The notes under the pieces: model-generated
The model's database searches: none
What the model was told of the DNA's origin: nothing
What the model saw: the letters and a program-made list of their open reading frames with translations, nothing else
Shown: positions 8,708 through 18,279 of the stretch, piece after piece
Numbering within the stretch: position 1 is the stretch's first letter
Layout of the letters: every line of letters starts with the position of its first letter
Made by a program: the position numbers and the translations under genes
DNA from: a virus
Taxonomy: Duplodnaviria > Caudoviricetes
Reading direction: 5' to 3' (one strand)
DNA length: 64,000 nucleotides
IMG/VR virus record: IMGVR_UViG_3300047539_000071
Location: 2,372-66,371 of that record

Positions 8708-10573
8708 ATGCAAAACTTCACGGAACGCGCCTCGGCTGCAATTCGCCGGGGCTTTTCAATTATTCCCGTAGAACCGCGCGGCAAAACACCACTGCGCGGA
8801 GCCAAGAGCCGTACGAATACCGAAGATGGCGTCCGCGCTTTCGCTGCGCAAGTTCCAGAGGACGCAAACTTCGGAATCGTCTCGGACGATACTTTCACCA
8901 TCCTCGAGACTGACAATCTCGATAAGTTCCTGGCTGCGCTCGGCCAAGAGCTCCCTGTTACTTTCTGTGTCTCCGCGAGCCCCAATCGCGCCTATTTCGT
9001 ATTCGAGCAAACCGCTCGGAGTAGGGCAGTGACGAAGAACTACGAGTGGGAGGGCGTATTCGAGTGGAGGCATAAAAACGAGTACTGTGTCGGGCCAGGA
9101 TCTGTTCACCCCTCCGGGCGTACTTACGAGGTCATCACCGACTCGCCGGCAGCGGCGTTCCCCGATTGGCTCGTTAGCCGGTTGCAGGAGCTGTACAAGA
9201 ATGCGCCCGTCAGCACGAAGCCCAACGCGACAAATGAGGTCGATCGGGACGCTTACACGACCCTTCGTGACGCGTATCTATGGGAGCTCAATCCCTCGGA
9301 CATGCTCAAAGAACAGGTAGAAATAAGCCTGGGGCGCCACGGTACCATGCTGTCCGTTGCCGGGTTGCTGCACGACGGCGAACGCACGCAAGAAGAGGCC
9401 GTCACCATAATCGGAGAGCTGTGGGATAAATTCTGCACAAGGCCGCCACGCGGTAAAAAAGAAATCGAGGATATCGTTCAGCATGCCTTTGGAAAGAACC
9501 CCTGCAATTTCGAGCCGCAAAACCTCCCGATCCCGATTCATAGCGGGCTCACCATCTATGCAACCGAAGGGGAGAAAGAAGCCGGTCTCGACGAAGCCAG
9601 CCTCCGACTATTCCATACTTACGCCGAATTCCAAAGCACGCCCCCCATCCAGTTCGCCATCAAAAACTTCCTCCAGATACAGGGCGCTACGATGCTTGGC
9701 GGCCTGCCGGGGCATGGGAAGACATTGGTTGCGCTCGCAATGGTGCGATCGCTCTTAGAGGGGGATCCTCTCTTCGGCTACTTTCCGGTCAATGAAGTCT
9801 CACAGCGCGTCGTCTATCTTATCCCCGAATGCGGTCATAGCCCGTTCAAATCGCGCCTAGAAACGTTCCGCCTAGAAGAGCACATCAAAAGTCGCCGATT
9901 TCTCTACCGCACCTTGTCAAAAGGCCAGATCTTAAAATTGGACGATAAAGTGTTGCTCCACGCGTGTAAGGGCGCGGATGTCTTTCTGGACACTGCGATT
10001 CGGTTCATAGACGGGGATGAGAACGCTTCTACCGACCAGAAGGTTTTCAACGACAACCTGTTCGCGCTGCTAAACGCCGGCGCCCGGACGATAACCGGCC
10101 TCCATCACAGCCCCAAAAGCGCGGAGACTGCAAACTACATGAGCCTTGAGAACACCCTTCGGGGAACCGGGGAGCTGGGGGCTGCTCTGAGCTCCTGCTG
10201 GGGCATAAGGCAATGCGACAAGCTCAAGAACACCCTCTACATAGATTCGGTCAAAGCCCGAGATTTCATCCCGGATGAAGCCTTCTTGCTTGAGGGTAGA
10301 CCCCATCTGGACGCTACCGGCTATTTCAAGATGCTAAAGGCTCCTGGCGCCGCAGGCAGCCTCAACGACAACAAACCGCGCCGGGAAGGCGAGAAGAGCG
10401 GCGGGCGTCCATTACCAGAAGGCACAGACAAAGACGTTTGTATGGGCCGAATCCTGTCTCTCAAAGCGGAAGGGAAGAGTTTGAGAGAAATTGCGGAGGA
10501 TCTGGGCGTCTCCAAAGACACTGTCTCACGGTGGCTCAAAGAGACGGAAGAAAAGTCAAAACGGCTGGAATAG
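8708..10573 (+). CDS. Bifunctional primase-polymerase plus AAA helicase with C-terminal HTH
   Basis: Prim-pol motifs (IPVEPRGKTP, NFGIV, GPGSVHPSG), Walker A GLPGHGKT, HHSPK, HTH SLREIAEDLGVSKDTVSRW. Confidence 0.9.
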   Translation: MQNFTERASAAIRRGFSIIPVEPRGKTPLRGAKSRTNTEDGVRAFAAQVPEDANFGIVSDDTFTILETDNLDKFLAALGQELPVTFCVSASPNRAYFVFEQTARSRAVTKNYEWEGVFEWRHKNEYCVGPGSVHPSGRTYEVITDSPAAAFPDWLVSRLQELYKNAPVSTKPNATNEVDRDAYTTLRDAYLWELNPSDMLKEQVEISLGRHGTMLSVAGLLHDGERTQEEAVTIIGELWDKFCTRPPRGKKEIEDIVQHAFGKNPCNFEPQNLPIPIHSGLTIYATEGEKEAGLDEASLRLFHTYAEFQSTPPIQFAIKNFLQIQGATMLGGLPGHGKTLVALAMVRSLLEGDPLFGYFPVNEVSQRVVYLIPECGHSPFKSRLETFRLEEHIKSRRFLYRTLSKGQILKLDDKVLLHACKGADVFLDTAIRFIDGDENASTDQKVFNDNLFALLNAGARTITGLHHSPKSAETANYMSLENTLRGTGELGAALSSCWGIRQCDKLKNTLYIDSVKARDFIPDEAFLLEGRPHLDATGYFKMLKAPGAAGSLNDNKPRREGEKSGGRPLPEGTDKDVCMGRILSLKAEGKSLREIAEDLGVSKDTVSRWLKETEEKSKRLE

Positions 10574-10834
10574 ACTGTCCCGCCTGGGACAGAAGAAAGT
10601 CGGAGGCAGCATCCCGGGCCGGTTGAACCGGAACCATAGTGGAGGTTCACCGGGCTGGGGGTTTTGGGACTGTCCCATAATTCCATATCTAGGTAATACG
10701 GGACAAGGGACAGTTGATTCTAAAGGAGTTACGCCTCACCGCCGAAGCCCGTGGGACAGTAGGGGTTTACTGATTCTAAAGGGGTTGCGGTTTCTGAAGT
10801 CGGAATCAGAGGTCCGTGGGACAGTTGTGGGACA
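10574..10834. repeat. Origin-like element, copy 1 (GGGACA iterons)
   Basis: 8 GGGACA/TGTCCC hexamers, 2x TGATTCTAAAGG, hairpin at 10613-10659. Confidence 0.75.
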
Positions 10835-10897
10835 GGGAAATGTTACGGGAAATGCGGCTAACCCGGCTCGGATCCAAATGCTCATAAACTCGGAGGC

Positions 10898-11172
10898 TGT
10901 CTCACAACTGTCTCACTGGGACGGAAGAAAAGTCGGAGGCAGCATCCCAGTCCGGGAGAACCGGAACACTAGTGGAGGTTCCTCCCGGGGCTGGGGGTTT
11001 GCTACTGTCTCAAACTCTTTTTCCTAAGGGGTATGAGACATGCGACAGCTGATTCTAAAGGAGTTACACTGATCCGCCGGGGTCTGTGAGACAGCAGGGT
11101 TTTACTGATTCTAAAGGGGTTGCGGTTTCCGAAGACTGAATTTTATAGTCCGTGAGACAGTTGTGCGACAAG
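10898..11172. repeat. Origin-like element, copy 2 (GAGACA/GCGACA iterons)
   Basis: Colinear diverged copy: 6 GAGACA/TGTCTC, 2 GCGACA, 2x TGATTCTAAAGG, hairpin at 10946-10995. Confidence 0.75.
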
Positions 11173-11182
11173 CCGTGAAGGG

Positions 11183-11467
11183 CTAAACCTTCTTGAGCCA
11201 CGGCTGGGGCTGTTTTGTCCGACCGTCGTCATCCCACTTGACGACGGCGTCCTCGTCATTAGTTCGCTCAACCGTGCCAATTTCTCCCGTCGGCTTTCCG
11301 AAGTTGCCTAATTCCTCGACTCGATCTCCTGGAGTTAGTTCTTGGTCGGTAGCCGGGGGCGTGACTAGCGCTGGCCTCTTGGCTCGGTCTGTGTCGGCGG
11401 GTGCTCCGGCGTGTGGCAGAGGCGGTTTCGGAGCGGTGCGCAGTTTTGGTGCCCGTTTACGGCTCAT
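11183..11467 (-). CDS. Small protein with SH3/KOW-like C-terminal half
   Basis: GDRVE..GEIGTV..AVVKWDD pattern; GGAGG RBS. Confidence 0.65.
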   Translation of the reverse strand: MSRKRAPKLRTAPKPPLPHAGAPADTDRAKRPALVTPPATDQELTPGDRVEELGNFGKPTGEIGTVERTNDEDAVVKWDDDGRTKQPQPWLKKV

Positions 11468-11833
11468 ATTTCCTCCGGACTGGCATTTCCTTAAACGTGT
11501 TGGGTTATGGGGCGGGCCTACCTAACTCCAGAACTTAAAAACGCGGTTACAATCCACACAAAGCAGGTGAAAGGCCGTGCAAGCGAAATTGAGCCCCAGC
11601 GTAAAAAACAAACTGGAGACTCCCGCCCAGGCGTAAATCCCGATCAGCCCCAACAAACTCATCAAAAACAGTGAAATTGTCTTTGTCATGGAAGTGGCCT
11701 CTTCAGCATCATTGCGCAGGTTAAAGATAAAAGCTGATCCGAATTGCTCACAATGGAAAATAAAAAGACAGACGGTAAATTCTCCACGGTCTTGTGACGG
11801 TAACGAAGCGGATGTGCTATCTTTAGGGCATAT

Positions 11834-12424
11834 ATGTCCCCCAAAATGTCCGCTCCGGTAGACTTCCGATCTATGGCCCGCCGCTGGCGTTCCGGATCGA
11901 AGGCCCGGGCCTTGAAGCTAGGTAGAATGATAGACTTACCATCGATCGACGAGGTGTTTGACCACCTCTGTTCTCTGCCAGTGCCTCTTCGGTGCTCGTA
12001 TTGTGATGTCCGCATTTACCGCCCCCAAATGGATCACCGAATCAGTCTAAGTCGAGGGGGAAGCGCGGAAACCTCCAATCTAGCTTTAACCTGTAAGCCT
12101 TGCAATCTTGCGAAAGGGCCTCTGAACGAGGTCGAATGGCGCTCATTGCTATCATTCTTAGACACTTGGGAGGATGCGGGCGCTGCGAAAAGCCTTCTCA
12201 GCCGGCTCCGCGGAGCTTTCTGGTGCTACAAGCCGGCGGTAAGGGCCCGGAAGAACGTCTCCGTGAATTTAAAAACGCGCCTAGAAGGCCCCGCGCGACC
12301 CGTTTCCTGTGCCGTACAGCTCGATTCACCGAAAGAGGGTATCTACCCACCCATTTGCCACCAGCATCGTGTACGGGGCTGCGATTGGTGCGCAGCTACG
12401 GGTGGAGACGGATATATTGACTAA
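11834..12424 (+). CDS. HNH endonuclease
   Basis: CSYC..DHRISLSRGG..SNLALTCKPCNLAKG. Confidence 0.85.
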   Translation: MSPKMSAPVDFRSMARRWRSGSKARALKLGRMIDLPSIDEVFDHLCSLPVPLRCSYCDVRIYRPQMDHRISLSRGGSAETSNLALTCKPCNLAKGPLNEVEWRSLLSFLDTWEDAGAAKSLLSRLRGAFWCYKPAVRARKNVSVNLKTRLEGPARPVSCAVQLDSPKEGIYPPICHQHRVRGCDWCAATGGDGYID

Positions 12425-12435
12425 GAAAGGGTTAA

Positions 12436-12714
12436 ATGAAAGCATGGATTGCAAAGATCGGACAGAGTATTCAATTTGTAGCGTTCTGGGCGCATCTCGG
12501 CGTTGCCGGGTTGTTGATTGTCCTTATAAACAAACTACTTTCAAAACGTCCAGCGGAAATCTTGGCGCTGGTAATCATTGTTGCTGGCGGCGTCAAGGAA
12601 TATTACTTTGATGCAACTACAGAACAAAATCCGCCTCAAACGTTTTGGGATAACACTGAAGACTTCATCGGCTGGTGCGTTGGTTCACTTGTTGGTTTCT
12701 TATTAATCCACTGA
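12436..12714 (+). CDS. Small multi-pass membrane protein
   Basis: Three hydrophobic segments. Confidence 0.65.
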   Translation: MKAWIAKIGQSIQFVAFWAHLGVAGLLIVLINKLLSKRPAEILALVIIVAGGVKEYYFDATTEQNPPQTFWDNTEDFIGWCVGSLVGFLLIH

Positions 12715-12720
12715 TCCCCA

Positions 12721-12831
12721 AGGCGCAACGAAGAGGTATAGGCGCAACGAAGAAGTTGCGCGTAGGAACTAGGCGCAACTTGAACATTATTATGAACCTT
12801 AACTCGTTTAATGAACATTATTATGAACCTT
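12721..12831. repeat. Intergenic repeat cluster
   Basis: AGGCGCAAC x3 plus one inverted copy; exact 20-mer TGAACATTATTATGAACCTT x2. Confidence 0.8.
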
Positions 12832-12869
12832 GTGCGATTCCCCGCCGTGGGTAGCGGATAGGCGTAACA

Positions 12870-12892
12870 AAACCCCCCAGGAAGGGGGGTTT
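12870..12892. terminator. Bidirectional intrinsic terminator
   Basis: AAACCCCCC-AGGAA-GGGGGGTTT between convergent gene blocks. Confidence 0.7.
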
Positions 12893-13183
12893 CGTGCACA
12901 GGACTGCTTCTCTTTTTCTTAATAAACCCGCAAGGGAGTTGCGGGAATGCGGAGATTAAGGGTGTTTTTCTCCGCAGAATCGGTACCAGTTTTCATTTCG
13001 CATGCTTCCGCATAACGACACGCTCCGCATTTCTTGCAGTTGTACATTTCAGTTCCTCCCCTTCGTTAAACGCACGTCCCGAGTCATATCCTGCTTTCCT
13101 CAAGGGACTTGTGGCTGCTTTGGCAGGTGCCACGTCACAAAATCATTGCATCCGCCACAGAATACAATGTGGCTTCGAGAAAT

Positions 13184-13426
13184 TCAGGCACGATGTTTCT
13201 CCGAGCCGCTAAAAGCCACGTTGCACCAACCGACAAAGCCGCACTCCGGGCAATGCCGAGTGTGTGGATCGTCCCAGATCATCGCGGCGCATCCGTTGGG
13301 ACAGATATTTTCCTCCATCCTTGCCTGATGCTGCGCGGCGTCACGAATATCAGCCTGATCCTTCTCAGGGTCGCCCGACGAAGGAATCGCCATGCATCGC
13401 ATCCGCTCTTCTAGGGATTTCGGCAT
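13184..13426 (-). CDS. Zinc-ribbon hypothetical protein
   Basis: CPNGC..CPECG. Confidence 0.55.
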   Translation of the reverse strand: MPKSLEERMRCMAIPSSGDPEKDQADIRDAAQHQARMEENICPNGCAAMIWDDPHTRHCPECGFVGWCNVAFSGSEKHRA

Positions 13427-13525
13427 CAGCTCACTATTCTTTCTTCCACCGCTTCAACAAAGCGATTGTGTCGTGCCCGACGACAATACCAACACCGACC
13501 GCCAATATGCCGAGAATTATGATGA

Positions 13526-14404
13526 TCACATATCCCTCTTGTCTCGGAATCCAACAAACACTGGATGCCGGGGTTTGTCTTTACAACCGATGGGGAAGTA
13601 CTTGACTTTCACCACGCGGCCCATCGTCTTCGGATCGTCCCACATAAGCTGCCGCATTTCGTCATCGAAGCCGGTACCGACTCGGAAGGTCACCCCGGAG
13701 TAATCACCGTTGATGCCGATGACCTCCAGGGCGCCTAACGTGCCCATACCAGTCTTGTTTTCCTGGTGCGAGCTGCGGGCAGTCCGACCAAGCTCGTTCG
13801 TGAACGCAACATTTTCGTTGTGTTGCCGTTCGTCGAGCCTTATGATGCGCGCCTCACAGTCTTTGAACCGCTTGAGCTTCAGCAGGTAGCCTTCCTTCAA
13901 CGAAGACCGGCCATTCTTGTAAGGTCCGTCCAGACTCCGGAGCATTACGCCTTCCGCGCCCCTCTCAAGCAGTTCCATTTCGAACAACTCAAGGGTTGCC
14001 AGCGTGGGGACGATCACGTGATGCACAACCTCAGCGAACGGATGATCTACAATCGCCGATAGTAGATCAAACCGCCTCTTGAACCCTACATTCTCAAACC
14101 GATCGAAGAGGCGAAAGGTGACGCCGATAGCGGGTTTGTCGTCAGACATTACGACAGATACGGTCTTGCGATAGCAATCTTCTGCGAAGGGGTCGCCCAG
14201 GATCAACTCTCCGTCCAAACCTTCTGGCAGGTCGGCAAACATTTCCTGAACGTATTTGTTGGGGATTGGCTTCAGGGAGCGAGAGAGCAAAACCCCGCCT
14301 TGTACGGTCGCCCGGATTCCGTCTAGTTTCTGCGACGCCATGAGCGGAAACTTCAACGTGGATACGTCTTCAATTGCAGTTGCCAACATCGGTTTGAAAG
14401 GCAT
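13526..14404 (-). CDS. ATP-dependent DNA ligase (minimal phage type)
   Basis: KLDGIR, LDGEL, EGVMLR, LLKLK, C-terminal OB fold VGTGF..PRHPVF. Confidence 0.92.
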   Translation of the reverse strand: MPFKPMLATAIEDVSTLKFPLMASQKLDGIRATVQGGVLLSRSLKPIPNKYVQEMFADLPEGLDGELILGDPFAEDCYRKTVSVVMSDDKPAIGVTFRLFDRFENVGFKRRFDLLSAIVDHPFAEVVHHVIVPTLATLELFEMELLERGAEGVMLRSLDGPYKNGRSSLKEGYLLKLKRFKDCEARIIRLDERQHNENVAFTNELGRTARSSHQENKTGMGTLGALEVIGINGDYSGVTFRVGTGFDDEMRQLMWDDPKTMGRVVKVKYFPIGCKDKPRHPVFVGFRDKRDM

Positions 14405-14405
14405 G

Positions 14406-14600
14406 TTAGTCTCTCCCTTTGAAAGGTCTCAGTAGAGTGGATGGGTGGTTTAGGTAATTCCAGAGCCGTTGCTGCGCGGCATCCATCGGCTCTGCGTGCT
14501 GCGAATCGCATGTAAAAGTGCCGCTATGGACGTGTTCCCAGCCGCTTGTAAATTTGTCTCCCCGAATTATTTCTTTGTGACAATTAACGCAGGTTTTCAT
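14406..14600 (-). CDS. Hypothetical protein
   Basis: MKTCVNC start with ATGA overlap. Confidence 0.5.
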   Translation of the reverse strand: MKTCVNCHKEIIRGDKFTSGWEHVHSGTFTCDSQHAEPMDAAQQRLWNYLNHPSTLLRPFKGRD

Positions 14601-14842
14601 TTTTCCTTTAGTTGCCGGCGGGCAATCGGTCTCCATTGATCCAGCGTGACCGGCCAGCCGCTTGTCTTCGTACTGTACTTGGCACAGCCCAGGGCTTGCA
14701 CCGCGCATTCAGATGAACAAACCCACACAGTCTGTTTCCGCGCCCGCTTGTCGCCATACTGTTTTTCTGCGAGCACTTCAATGCTCAGGCCGTCTTGGGA
14801 GAGGGCGTTTGGGGGAAGGCCACAATTAGCACAGGAGCTCAC
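14597..14842 (-). CDS. Cys-rich hypothetical protein
   Basis: CANC..CSSEC; coupled overlaps. Confidence 0.55.
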   Translation of the reverse strand: MSSCANCGLPPNALSQDGLSIEVLAEKQYGDKRARKQTVWVCSSECAVQALGCAKYSTKTSGWPVTLDQWRPIARRQLKEK

Positions 14843-15036
14843 TTACCGGCTCCGATCTCTAGAGCTTCCTTGATGATGCAGTTTTGGTCGTGCTGTGGGA
14901 GGTCGATGAACAGATCCCATTCATGGGCGGGGTTGCGGAACTTGAACCGTTGTACGGCCATATCTAGCGCCCAATATTGAACCGTAGCGTTCAGGGGCTC
15001 GATGGGAGTTTGCTTCTTGTTTAGTGGACTGCGCAT
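14839..15036 (-). CDS. Hypothetical protein
   Basis: AGGAG RBS; coupled overlap. Confidence 0.55.
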   Translation of the reverse strand: MRSPLNKKQTPIEPLNATVQYWALDMAVQRFKFRNPAHEWDLFIDLPQHDQNCIIKEALEIGAGK

Positions 15037-15110
15037 GTGTGTTGCTCCTGTTTTGTGTTACTAAAGCATCATAGCCCGGGGTAGGGTTTGATGGCAATGG
15101 CCCGAACGTG

Positions 15111-15302
15111 CTACTTGTTCTTTGCGTCTAAATGAGAGCCGGCCATATTGTCTCGTATATCGCACAGCATGAGGGCAATGTAAAAGATTGCTTTGGTGGT
15201 CGCGCCTTCGATCAACAGGGCGTCTGACCCGCGGGAAGCACGCTGGATCGTGGTGTCTAGGTCGTCGATGATGTTTTCGAGTTCTTTCTTGGTAACGCTC
15301 AT
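15111..15302 (-). CDS. Hypothetical protein
   Basis: GGAGG RBS preceded by an 8-bp hairpin at 15316-15337. Confidence 0.55.
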   Translation of the reverse strand: MSVTKKELENIIDDLDTTIQRASRGSDALLIEGATTKAIFYIALMLCDIRDNMAGSHLDAKNK

Positions 15303-15387
15303 ATTTCCTCCAGCAGGGACGCCTTGTTAGGCGTCCCCGCATGTTAAAACAGGCCCTCAATCCAGTTCCACAACCGCGTCCACCAAC

Positions 15388-15747
15388 TTATTGCTCTGAC
15401 GCTGACAGGCCCGTTGGCGGTTGTGGTGCTCCCAAAGGGACGGTCACCAAAATGCTCGGGCACGGTGTTGACTCTCCCGCCCCGTTGACCGATGAAACTT
15501 CATAGCTGTATTCGGCCCCAGCAACCACAGCTAGGTCCGTGTAGGTCGTTGCGGTTGGTTCCGGGCTTGCGATGCTGACGAAGGTTCCGACAACACCGGC
15601 AGTGACCGGGGCTCTTTTTACGTCATAACTCACGACTGCGTCGCCCGTAGTTGGTGCGACCCAGGTTAATACCACTTGATGTGCCAATGTTGCTCCTTGT
15701 GCCGCGATGGCGGCCATGAACAGAAATGCTGAGAGAATGTATTTCAT
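15388..15747 (-). CDS. Secreted fibronectin type III domain protein
   Basis: Signal peptide MKYILSAFLFMAAIAAQG; LTW..P, Y.VKR, YTD, YSYEV..VNGAGES. Confidence 0.8.
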   Translation of the reverse strand: MKYILSAFLFMAAIAAQGATLAHQVVLTWVAPTTGDAVVSYDVKRAPVTAGVVGTFVSIASPEPTATTYTDLAVVAGAEYSYEVSSVNGAGESTPCPSILVTVPLGAPQPPTGLSASEQ

Positions 15748-16046
15748 GCCCGTCTATCATCTCGAAGTTCGTACAGTTTGTCAAGCCATTCGATTTCAGG
15801 CTGCGCCGCATAGAGCTCCTGGGGTGTCGCTTCAGGGTACGGAAGGTCTCGATTAGGGTACGGAAGGTCTTGATTAGCGAATAGCGGCTCGTCATACTGA
15901 TCGTCCGCCGCCCTGTTCCACCATGCGGGATCTTGCTCCGTCTTGAAAGAATAGCTGATCTGTTTCTTCTGGCACGCGGGGCAGAGGATACCGCGAGTGG
16001 CATCATACAAAAGTCCGCAGTGTGCGCAACAGGCTACTATGTTCAT
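15744..16046 (-). CDS. Zinc-ribbon hypothetical protein
   Basis: CAHC..CPAC with acidic tail. Confidence 0.5.
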   Translation of the reverse strand: MNIVACCAHCGLLYDATRGILCPACQKKQISYSFKTEQDPAWWNRAADDQYDEPLFANQDLPYPNRDLPYPEATPQELYAAQPEIEWLDKLYELRDDRRA

Positions 16047-16858
16047 CGTTTCCTCCGTGTTGTTAAGCGAACAAAGACGGCCAGGAACAAGACACTGAAA
16101 ATAAGCGCGGCCCACTCACCGATATCCGGCACATGCACCGGCGGGGAGCTTACGCAGCAAACGTAAATTGGTACGCTCGGTGCGTAAGGCGTAACGCCGA
16201 TTGGCGTAACCGGCACCGCTATAGGGGTCGTTTGAGTGCTAATCGGCCCTTGTATGGGTACAGCAGTCAATCCCGTGGGCGGATTCGGAGGCTCGTCGAG
16301 TGTAGGGACTTTTGGCCGATTCGGCGTCTCAGGGGCGGGCACTACATCGGGCACGTCCAGCGTCGTAGGCTCAAGATCCTGCGGGATTACAGGGGCCTGT
16401 GGCCCGATTGACAGCATGTTCCCGCACGCCGCTCGGAGGAGATATTTTCCATCGGTGAGGATAAGCGTACCCTTCGGCAGGACTTTGCATTCCTTCGTCC
16501 ACGCGAACGTTCTTGGCCCGCTCCGGTATGCGATGAAAAAACATTGCGGTCGGGCCAGCGTCTCAAACACCGCAGATGAGAAATCGAATCCTGCGAACAG
16601 GTGAGCGAGGTCAGGGTCTGCGTACAGGGCGCCCGAAAAATCCTGTAAACTTCGGACACCGCCCTTGATGAAGCCGCGAAACGGTGTGCTCTTGACGAGC
16701 GCACTTTCAACTGGCTTTGGGTGCTCTTGAGAGCACAATGTTCCCGCTCGGTGTCGCCGCTATTGTCGCCTGCGGGGGCTTAGGCCAGACCCACCAGACC
16801 AGCCCCGAGATAAACAACAGGACAAAAAAAGGATTCGTAACCAGCTTTTACTCTTCAT
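16043..16858 (-). pseudogene. PEP-CTERM-like exosortase substrate with a disrupted N-terminus in this assembly
   Basis: C-terminal VPDIG, transmembrane helix and RRKR; Pro/Thr linker; ATG 16858 with GGAGG; in-frame TAG at 16760-16762 between two compensating 1-nt shifts. Confidence 0.65.
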
Positions 16859-16961
16859 TGCCGCCTCCATATATAAATTTTGGTATACGGCTTTGGCACG
16901 CAGTCACGATAGACTGCTACCAGGGACCAGAACCACAGAATCAGAGCCGCCACGAATCCTG

Positions 16962-17186
16962 TTATAGCCCAGAACATGGTTTCCTCCCACACGGACAGGC
17001 CACCAATCCCAGCTCTATAGCCTTCAACCACGCTTCGTACCGGGTCGAAATGCCCAGCTTCTCATATATCTTCTTTGGAGCTTTCTTCGCGTAGCTCTCG
17101 GACAGGCCCATCACAATTGCAATCTGAAATGTGCCGAAGCCTTCACCACACAACCGGAGCCATTGAGTTTCGCGCACTGTTAACAT
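16962..17186 (-). CDS. Stand-alone LuxR-type HTH regulator
   Basis: LTVRE..L..G....IA..MGLS......KIYEKLGISTR.EA..KAIELGL. Confidence 0.8.
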   Translation of the reverse strand: MLTVRETQWLRLCGEGFGTFQIAIVMGLSESYAKKAPKKIYEKLGISTRYEAWLKAIELGLVACPCGRKPCSGL

Positions 17187-17347
17187 TTCAACATCCTATC
17201 TTGGAAGGTAGAATTTTACAATGGCACTGAAGTGCCAAGTCAGTTCTTGTATACGCATTTGCAATGCCCCATCCCATCGCTTCCGCAGTTGCGTCATGGC
17301 GCGACGCAAGATGACGGCGGGATCACGTTTTAACTTCTGTTCATCAG

Positions 17348-17881
17348 TCATTTGCATCCTTTCTGTGATATCCACGTCAGGCCGCCACGAAGGATGGTCA
17401 TCTTCTTGGTCTGCCAGTAGTAGACTGTGAGCCCTCGACTCGATGCGGCATAGATGTCGAAGTGGTCTTTGTCTGCCCAGCCCGTGTCACCCAGCCCGTT
17501 GCCCGCGATGTTATTGCTGGGTGTGCTCGGATAAGCACCGCTGTTGTTCGGGTGAATGTGAAACAGTGCGAACGTCGTATTGTAGACGTACACCGTCTGC
17601 TTGTCTTTCTCATTCGTGTGCGGCATAATGTCGATAGAATAGAAGCCGTCCGCACCGCTCACTATGAACGTCTCCTCTATGCCGGTTGTGCCGTTGCCCG
17701 ATTCCTGCCAGATAGTTTTCAGGGACGTTATAACGTCCGGCTGGCAGTACAGCGGAGCGGTCTGGCCGTGGAGGATATTCGCCATCGATTGGCCGTGGAC
17801 ATACTTCGCGGCCAGCATTAGAAGTAGGCCCGCTATAGCCCAGGTCAGCAGCGTGTATGTTCGGATTTGGGAGCGCGTCAC
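17348..17881 (-). CDS. Exported JAB/MPN-like protein
   Basis: N-terminal hydrophobic signal; E..FHIHPN..PS..D. Confidence 0.55.
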   Translation of the reverse strand: MTRSQIRTYTLLTWAIAGLLLMLAAKYVHGQSMANILHGQTAPLYCQPDVITSLKTIWQESGNGTTGIEETFIVSGADGFYSIDIMPHTNEKDKQTVYVYNTTFALFHIHPNNSGAYPSTPSNNIAGNGLGDTGWADKDHFDIYAASSRGLTVYYWQTKKMTILRGGLTWISQKGCK

Positions 17882-18102
17882 TTGCGCCTCCGCGTATTGA
17901 CGTAGCCTGAGTACTTCAAGCTGCGCGCCGGTATTTGGTTATTCTTGCTCTGTTTCTTGTTCTGCGCCATTGAATTGCCCCCACTCTTCGTCGGGAGTCA
18001 GCTCCCGTCTCTTCTTATTTGGAATCGATTGAGGGCGCGGGCACTTCACGCGCTCCCGGCTGAGAGCTTTAACTAACTGCACTTTGTCTAACGTTTTGCG
18101 CT

Positions 18103-18279
18103 TCATCGGAGTATGCCGTGCGTCTTGATGTACCGCCGAATGTGGTTAAGTAGCCACTCTTCTTCGAACATTTCGTGCGAGGCTGTCTCGTAATCGGACA
18201 CATAATTAGACAGCGCTGTCTCCAGCATGATCAGGTGATCGTCAGTTAACATGATCGGCGAATTGTCCATCTTGCTCAT
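18103..18279 (-). CDS. Hypothetical protein (58 aa)
   Basis: Translated by hand (MSKMDNSPIM...); ATGA overlaps on both sides. Confidence 0.5.
   Translation of the reverse strand: MSKMDNSPIMLTDDHLIMLETALSNYVSDYETASHEMFEEEWLLNHIRRYIKTHGILR

Noticed and set aside
10491-11027. 178-aa ORF across the origin repeats
   Set aside because: No RBS or recognisable domain; the sequence is explained by iterons and hairpins
12721-12831. CRISPR array
   Set aside because: Too few and too short repeats, irregular spacing, no cas genes
16760-16762. TAG recoding (alternative genetic code)
   Set aside because: TAG ends well-defined genes (SSB at 7495, helicase at 10573, ClpP at 34015) and long genes have no internal TAG
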